From contig NC_003272.1 in the NCBI RefSeq assembly GCF_000009705.1, positions 6,210,001 through 6,242,000 of the forward strand: DNA of 32,000 nt. Reading direction: 5' to 3'. Positions 27,992-32,000 of the stretch are shown here, in pieces (the stretch's first letter is position 1; each line of letters begins with the position of its first letter). The position numbers and the translations under genes are program-made. This DNA is from Nostoc sp. PCC 7120 = FACHB-418 (GTDB taxonomy: Bacteria; Cyanobacteriota; Cyanobacteriia; Cyanobacteriales; Nostocaceae). The notes under the pieces were generated by a model. That model ran no database searches and had not been told where the DNA came from. It saw nothing but the letters and a program-made list of their open reading frames with translations.

Positions 27992-28293
27992 GCATATTGG
28001 GGTTATTAAAGTTCTATAATTCCCCAGAAACAGGAAATAAATAAAGCCACAAATGTTTAATTACATGGTATAAAAGTATCATGAGATAAATACAAGATTA
28101 AGAGCTTGGTTGAAATAGAATTTATTTCAATATTAATAAGTTCTTTATCTAGTAGAGAAACTAATTTGTGAGATCACCAGAGTTGTAAAATAATAGCAAC
28201 AAACTCATCATTTTAATTGAATATTTCGGCAGTGTTTTTAGGAGTTGGGCTTTGATGGTCTTATTGATCTCAGTCCCTCCAAGATAGCCTTCC

Positions 28294-28755
28294 TTGTTCA
28301 TAGTTTTTTCTATACAGGAGGTGGAATTGCAGAGAAGGTGTGACCGAAATCGGAAACGTTCTAAACGTAGGGCGATTTATTGTCCGATTCATGGCTGCTA
28401 TCTTGATAGCGTCAGCCAGAAATACAGAATATTCGCTGACCAAGCAGGTCAGTTACAGCAAAGAGGTATGAGTCGGCGCAATGCCTTAATGTTAGTAGCA
28501 AATCAAACAACAGTTGCTATAGAAGGAGAATGGCTAGAAGCTTTTTGGTGTGAAGAGTGCCAAGAAACCAAATGGTATCACGTTTGTAAGTCAGGCGATC
28601 GCACCTATGAAATTTCCTTAGCACCGAGGGAAATATGGCAGCAGGTAACAGGAGTAATTGATTCTCAGGGAAACCCTTCTATCAGTGAGTTTACTAGAAG
28701 AAGTGCTAGAGATGTCAATTATCAAGGTCTTGCTGGTTTCCAGTTTCTGAGTTAA
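28294..28755 (+). CDS. Hypothetical Cys4 (zinc-ribbon-like) protein
   Basis: It has CPIHGC (C-x4-C) and CEECQ (C-x2-C) about 55 residues apart, with a basic N-terminus (RNRKRSKRR). It contains a HIP1 site. The ORF-track start is TTG at 28294. An alternative TTG at 28327 lies 5 nt after AGGAGG (28316-28321). Confidence 0.6.
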   Translation: MFIVFSIQEVELQRRCDRNRKRSKRRAIYCPIHGCYLDSVSQKYRIFADQAGQLQQRGMSRRNALMLVANQTTVAIEGEWLEAFWCEECQETKWYHVCKSGDRTYEISLAPREIWQQVTGVIDSQGNPSISEFTRRSARDVNYQGLAGFQFLS

Positions 28756-28796
28756 ATCTTCAAATTTAATTTTTTCTTAACTATAAGATAATCTAA

Positions 28797-29126
28797 ATGA
28801 AGAAAGCTCTCATTTACGGAATATCAGGGCAGGATGGAGCTTACTTAGCCCGATTCCTTTTGAATAAATAGCACACCGTTATTAGTGCTTCACGAGATGC
28901 TCAAATCTCCCCGTTCCGAAATTTAGTTTACTTAGGTATTAAAGACCAGGTGAAATTAGAGTCAATGGCTCTCAATGATTTTCGCAGTGTATTATAAGTA
29001 CTGACGAAAAACCAGTCAGATGAAATCTATAATTTCGTAAGGCAAAGTTTAGCCACTTGTACTCTAAATTCAGTGCAAGCTATTCGGTTTTTGGGTATCC
29101 CCATCAAACTACATAGTGCTATTTAG
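28797..29126 (+). pseudogene. GDP-mannose 4,6-dehydratase-like SDR, N-terminal remnant with in-frame stops and an internal deletion
   Basis: It reads MKKALIYGISGQDGAYLARFLLNK*HTVISASRDAQ...NDFRSVL*VLTKNQSDEIYNFVRQSLATCTLNSVQAIRFLGIPIKLHSAI*. This carries the GxxGQDGxYL Rossmann motif and an EIYN(L)..QS motif. The stops are at 28869-28871, 28995-28997 and 29124-29126. Only ~110 of the expected >300 codons remain. Confidence 0.7.
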
Positions 29127-29221
29127 GCAATATCCAGATTCAGCGTAACTGAAGATACATAAGAATATTGCCACCTGTATTTCCAATACAAACTCTGCAT
29201 GGTTTGGTAGGTTAATTTCTA

Positions 29222-30484
29222 ATGTCACAAAGATTTGCTAAGACTTTTTATTGGATTAGATTACTCAGTAAATTTGTTTCAGTCCAACTCATAGTCCAAG
29301 CGTTAAATTTAAGCAGTGGCATACTAGTAGTACGTACTTTAAGCAAGGAAGAATATGCTTATCTTACCTTAGCTAATGCGATGCAAGGGACAATGAATTT
29401 ATTGGCAGGTAGTGGAATTAGTTCGGCATTATCTGCTATCGGCGGTAGGGTTTGGCAAGATCCACATCGTTTTGGGCAACTGATTAATACGGCAATGACG
29501 TTACGTCGATATTTAGCTATAATTGCCACAGCAGTAGTCACACCTATTCTGTTTTGGATGCTACTCCGGAATGGAGCATCAATTAGCTATACGATCTTAC
29601 TAATCATTGGAATTTTAATTGAGCTTTATTTTTATTTAAGTATTGGAGTGCTGATAACTGTACCTAGACTTCATTCACAAATTGGTCAAATTCAGCGTTT
29701 AGATCTGCTCTCTGCCGGCTCAAGATTAATATTATTAATAGGCGGGATACTAACTTTTCTAAATGCTGCAACAGCAGCCTTTTCTTCGACTATTGCTTCA
29801 TGGTTAAAAAACTTAATTTTATGGTCTTATGTTAAAGATAGTGTTGCTATTGAAGCACCCATAAATGAAGAAGATAAATTAGAAATCATAAAACTGATTA
29901 AAACTCAAGCTCCAAACACTATTTTTTACTGTTTACAAGGACAGATAACAATTTGGTTAATTAGTATTTTTGGTAATGTACAGAGTATTGCCGAAGTAGG
30001 TGCTTTAGGTAGATTAGGATTAATTTTTTCTCTAATTAGTTCAATAATGACAAGTATTGTCTTGCCAAGCTTTGCACGATGCCAGAATTATAGAATTCTA
30101 ATTAATAAATACTGGCAAATTTTGGGTTATTATATCCTATTATGTTTAATTATTTTGGGACTATCTCTTTTATTCACGGACGAGTTACTATGGATTTTGG
30201 GCAATAAATACTCTCATCTACATAAAGAAGTAGTTTTTTTTCTTTTTGCTGCTATGCTCCAAACTTTTGCCAACATACTGTGGTCTATTAATGCCTCAAA
30301 GGGTTGGATAGAGAAAGCATGGCTATTTATTCCAAACACAATTCTTATTCAAGTCCTACTTATACTTTTCTTTAGATTTTCTACCGTTACTGGCGTAATA
30401 TTTTTTAATATCTTTTCTCAAATACCTGCATTCTTTATCAATTTTTATATGGCATATAAAGGTCTATACGAAAGAAATAGTTGA
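29222..30484 (+). CDS. Wzx-like oligosaccharide flippase / polysaccharide biosynthesis membrane protein (MOP superfamily-like)
   Basis: It is 420 aa with about 10-12 TM segments. The N-terminus LLSKFVSVQLIVQALNLSSGILVVRTLSKEEYAYLTLANAM is typical of flippase-family proteins. It is very AT-rich. Confidence 0.6.
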   Translation: MSQRFAKTFYWIRLLSKFVSVQLIVQALNLSSGILVVRTLSKEEYAYLTLANAMQGTMNLLAGSGISSALSAIGGRVWQDPHRFGQLINTAMTLRRYLAIIATAVVTPILFWMLLRNGASISYTILLIIGILIELYFYLSIGVLITVPRLHSQIGQIQRLDLLSAGSRLILLIGGILTFLNAATAAFSSTIASWLKNLILWSYVKDSVAIEAPINEEDKLEIIKLIKTQAPNTIFYCLQGQITIWLISIFGNVQSIAEVGALGRLGLIFSLISSIMTSIVLPSFARCQNYRILINKYWQILGYYILLCLIILGLSLLFTDELLWILGNKYSHLHKEVVFFLFAAMLQTFANILWSINASKGWIEKAWLFIPNTILIQVLLILFFRFSTVTGVIFFNIFSQIPAFFINFYMAYKGLYERNS

Positions 30485-30560
30485 AGACAGAGTTTTATAC
30501 AAAACCAGCATAAAAATAAAAATAATATTTACAAGTAGACGTTTTTAGGATAAAAATATA

Positions 30561-30627
30561 AATTTATAATCCAGATAATACTAAGTAGATCCATGCAAAT
30601 AAACCGAACTATGTAACGAAAAGTAAA
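30561..30627 (+). repeat. Diverged copy of the sequence that precedes the IS630 transposase ORF (solo IS-end or MITE-like relic)
   Basis: AATTTATAA...TAAGTAG...AAACCGAACTATGTAACGAAAAGTAAA aligns with 31708-31772 (AATTTATAA...TAAGTAG...AAACCAAACTATGTGAAGATAAGTAAA). The core is 23/27 and the whole is ~70% identical, in the same orientation. Confidence 0.55.
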
Positions 30628-30734
30628 TTTGCTTGAAAACCTCTTTCCTTCTGTCCTCTGCCTTGTCATAGCGACAACTTTTAACACAGAGCTACTTAGA
30701 CTAAAGCAAATTATGATGGTACTAAAAATATAAT

Positions 30735-31658
30735 ATGCAGTCAGCAGTCTGTACTTTGTTTGAGGGTAACTACCACTACGGTGTAGGAGCCTTGGCAAAC
30801 TCTTTATATTATCACGGGTTTCGCGGAATTATTTGGGTAGGCTATCGTGGCGAATTACCACCTTGGGCGCAACCCATAAACAAATATGGAAATTATCATG
30901 AGTATTTTGTGGCCGACAGTTGCATGATTCGCTTTATTAAATTAGAAACTGATGATCACTTCACTAATTATAAACCTAACCTGATGTTGAGATTATGGAA
31001 GGAATTTTGTCCTGACATTGAAGCTTTATTCTACTTTGATCCTGATATTGTAATTAAATGCCGTTGGTCTTACTTTGAAGAGTGGGTTACTTATGGTGTT
31101 GCTTTGTGTGAGGATGTAAATTCACCTGTTCCTAATAGTCACCCTTTACGAATGGCGTGGCGTAACTTTTATGAACTATATGGATATATTTTTAATTCAT
31201 CTGTGGATATCTATGTTAACGGCGGATTTATCGGTGTTAAAAATTCTGAAAAAGAATTTTTAGAAAATTGGTGCAAAATACAAGGTTTGATGTCTTCCTC
31301 AATTGGAGGCTTAAATAATGCAAATATTAAAGATAGAACATTTATGTTTAATAAAACAGATCAAGATGCTCTAAACATTACTTTGATGTCCAACAACCTT
31401 CCAATCAGTTTGATGGGAAAAGAGGCGATGGACATCATATATGGAGGATTTACGATGTCTCATGCTTTAGGCGCAAAAAAGCCCTGGAAAGGTTCAACCA
31501 TTTTTCAAGTAATAAAAGGTAAAAAGCCTCGTCAGGCGGAAAAAGAGTATTGGAAATACACTCTAAAGCCCATAAAATTATATTCTAAATTAGAATTCAT
31601 TATAAGAAAAATTGAATTGAAGATATCAAGTTTTTTAGGGCGTTTTATAGCTAATTAA
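30735..31658 (+). CDS. GT8-like (GT-A fold) glycosyltransferase
   Basis: The GT8 motif series appears in the right order: FEGNYHYGVGALANSL, DxD (FDPDIV), YVNGGFIGV, DQDALN and H.LGAKKPW. Confidence 0.65.
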   Translation: MQSAVCTLFEGNYHYGVGALANSLYYHGFRGIIWVGYRGELPPWAQPINKYGNYHEYFVADSCMIRFIKLETDDHFTNYKPNLMLRLWKEFCPDIEALFYFDPDIVIKCRWSYFEEWVTYGVALCEDVNSPVPNSHPLRMAWRNFYELYGYIFNSSVDIYVNGGFIGVKNSEKEFLENWCKIQGLMSSSIGGLNNANIKDRTFMFNKTDQDALNITLMSNNLPISLMGKEAMDIIYGGFTMSHALGAKKPWKGSTIFQVIKGKKPRQAEKEYWKYTLKPIKLYSKLEFIIRKIELKISSFLGRFIAN

Positions 31659-31707
31659 TAATAGCAAAAATGTTCCACGAAGTTTCTGCTTCAGGCGCAC
31701 CTTGGAC

Positions 31708-31772
31708 AATTTATAAAACATTTGCATAAGTAGGTAGGCACGAAAAAACCAAACTATGTGAAGATAAGTAAA
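31708..31772 (+). repeat. 5' non-coding end region of the IS630-family element (partner of the repeat at 30561-30627)
   Basis: See the alignment under 30561-30627. It lies 36 nt upstream of the transposase ATG. Confidence 0.55.
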
Positions 31773-31807
31773 GACGGAGAATAAATCTGCCGAGGTAACT
31801 AATATAT

Positions 31808-32000
31808 ATGGGCGCTCGTTTAAGAGTATTCCTGAGTCTTGAGGAAGATAGAACCTTGTTCAACCTGAGAACAGCAGATGTACCACAGAAAGTCAAAGAC
31901 CGAGCAGAAGTAATTAGGTTAAATGCACACGGTTGGTATGTGGAAAAAATAGCGGCTCATGTAAATTGGACTTCACAGACAGTTAGAGAAGTTTTGCATA
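31808..32000 (+). CDS. IS630-family transposase, N-terminal helix-turn-helix part (partial, runs off the right edge)
   Basis: My own translation is MGARLRVFLSLEEDRTLFNLRTADVPQKVKDRAEVIRLNAHGWYVEKIAAHVNWTSQTVREVLH. This is the typical N-terminus of cyanobacterial IS630/Tc1-type transposases. It is absent from the ORF track because it is open-ended. Confidence 0.8.
   Translation, partial: MGARLRVFLSLEEDRTLFNLRTADVPQKVKDRAEVIRLNAHGWYVEKIAAHVNWTSQTVREVLH

Noticed and set aside
27992-28293. AT-rich hairpin TTGAAATA-gaa-TTTATTTCAA downstream of the GT4 gene as a terminator
   Set aside because: The stem is all A/T with no U-run, so it is too weak to call.
30529-30798. Minus-strand ORFs 30529-30798 and 31711-31896
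   Set aside because: Both run through the IS-end-like repeat copies and overlap the starts of better-supported + strand genes. Their similarity to each other is explained at the DNA-repeat level.

Overview
This looks like a chromosomal segment from a filamentous Nostoc/Anabaena-type cyanobacterium. The basis is about 23 HIP1 palindromes (GCGATCGC, counted by eye), STRR-type heptanucleotide arrays, and GTAGG...CCTAC-bounded palindromic intergenic elements. From 1 to 21.3 kb the content is mainly housekeeping. It holds a partial IS200/IS605-type tnpB open at the left edge, a small hypothetical protein and a pentapeptide-repeat protein. Next come a 1564-aa multi-PAS/GAF hybrid histidine kinase, an NDH-2-type flavoprotein 4 nt upstream of a DoxX-like membrane protein, and a PEP-CTERM secreted protein. 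The rest is an AT-rich orphan membrane protein, mfd, a DUF21-CBS-CorC (CNNM/TlyC) protein, hemJ, and pmbA-tldD. From 21.9 to 32 kb lies a visibly more AT-rich, partly decayed surface-polysaccharide locus. It contains a Uma2 pseudogene, a second PEP-CTERM protein, a Wzz/BY-kinase (Wzc-like) protein lacking a C-terminal Tyr cluster, and a 1.1 kb non-coding gap. It continues with a GT4 glycosyltransferase, a Cys4 small protein, a GDP-mannose-4,6-dehydratase-like remnant, a Wzx-like flippase and a GT8-like glycosyltransferase. It ends in the 5' end of an IS630-family transposase that runs off the right edge. I found no rRNA, tRNA or CRISPR array. I cannot point to a clear-cut new multigene system. 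The most unusual things I can support from the sequence are these: (1) an in-frame 13-unit STRR heptamer array inside mfd; (2) a tldD-pmbA spacer bracketed by inverted heptamer arrays and filled with nested palindromic elements; (3) the tail-less BY-kinase and PEP-CTERM genes in an incomplete, IS-flanked polysaccharide locus; (4) a diverged ~65-nt direct repeat, identical in type to the IS630 5' end, flanking the GT8 gene; (5) two function-unknown genes, a 363-aa membrane protein and a 153-aa Cys4 protein. Functional interpretations of these items are inference.
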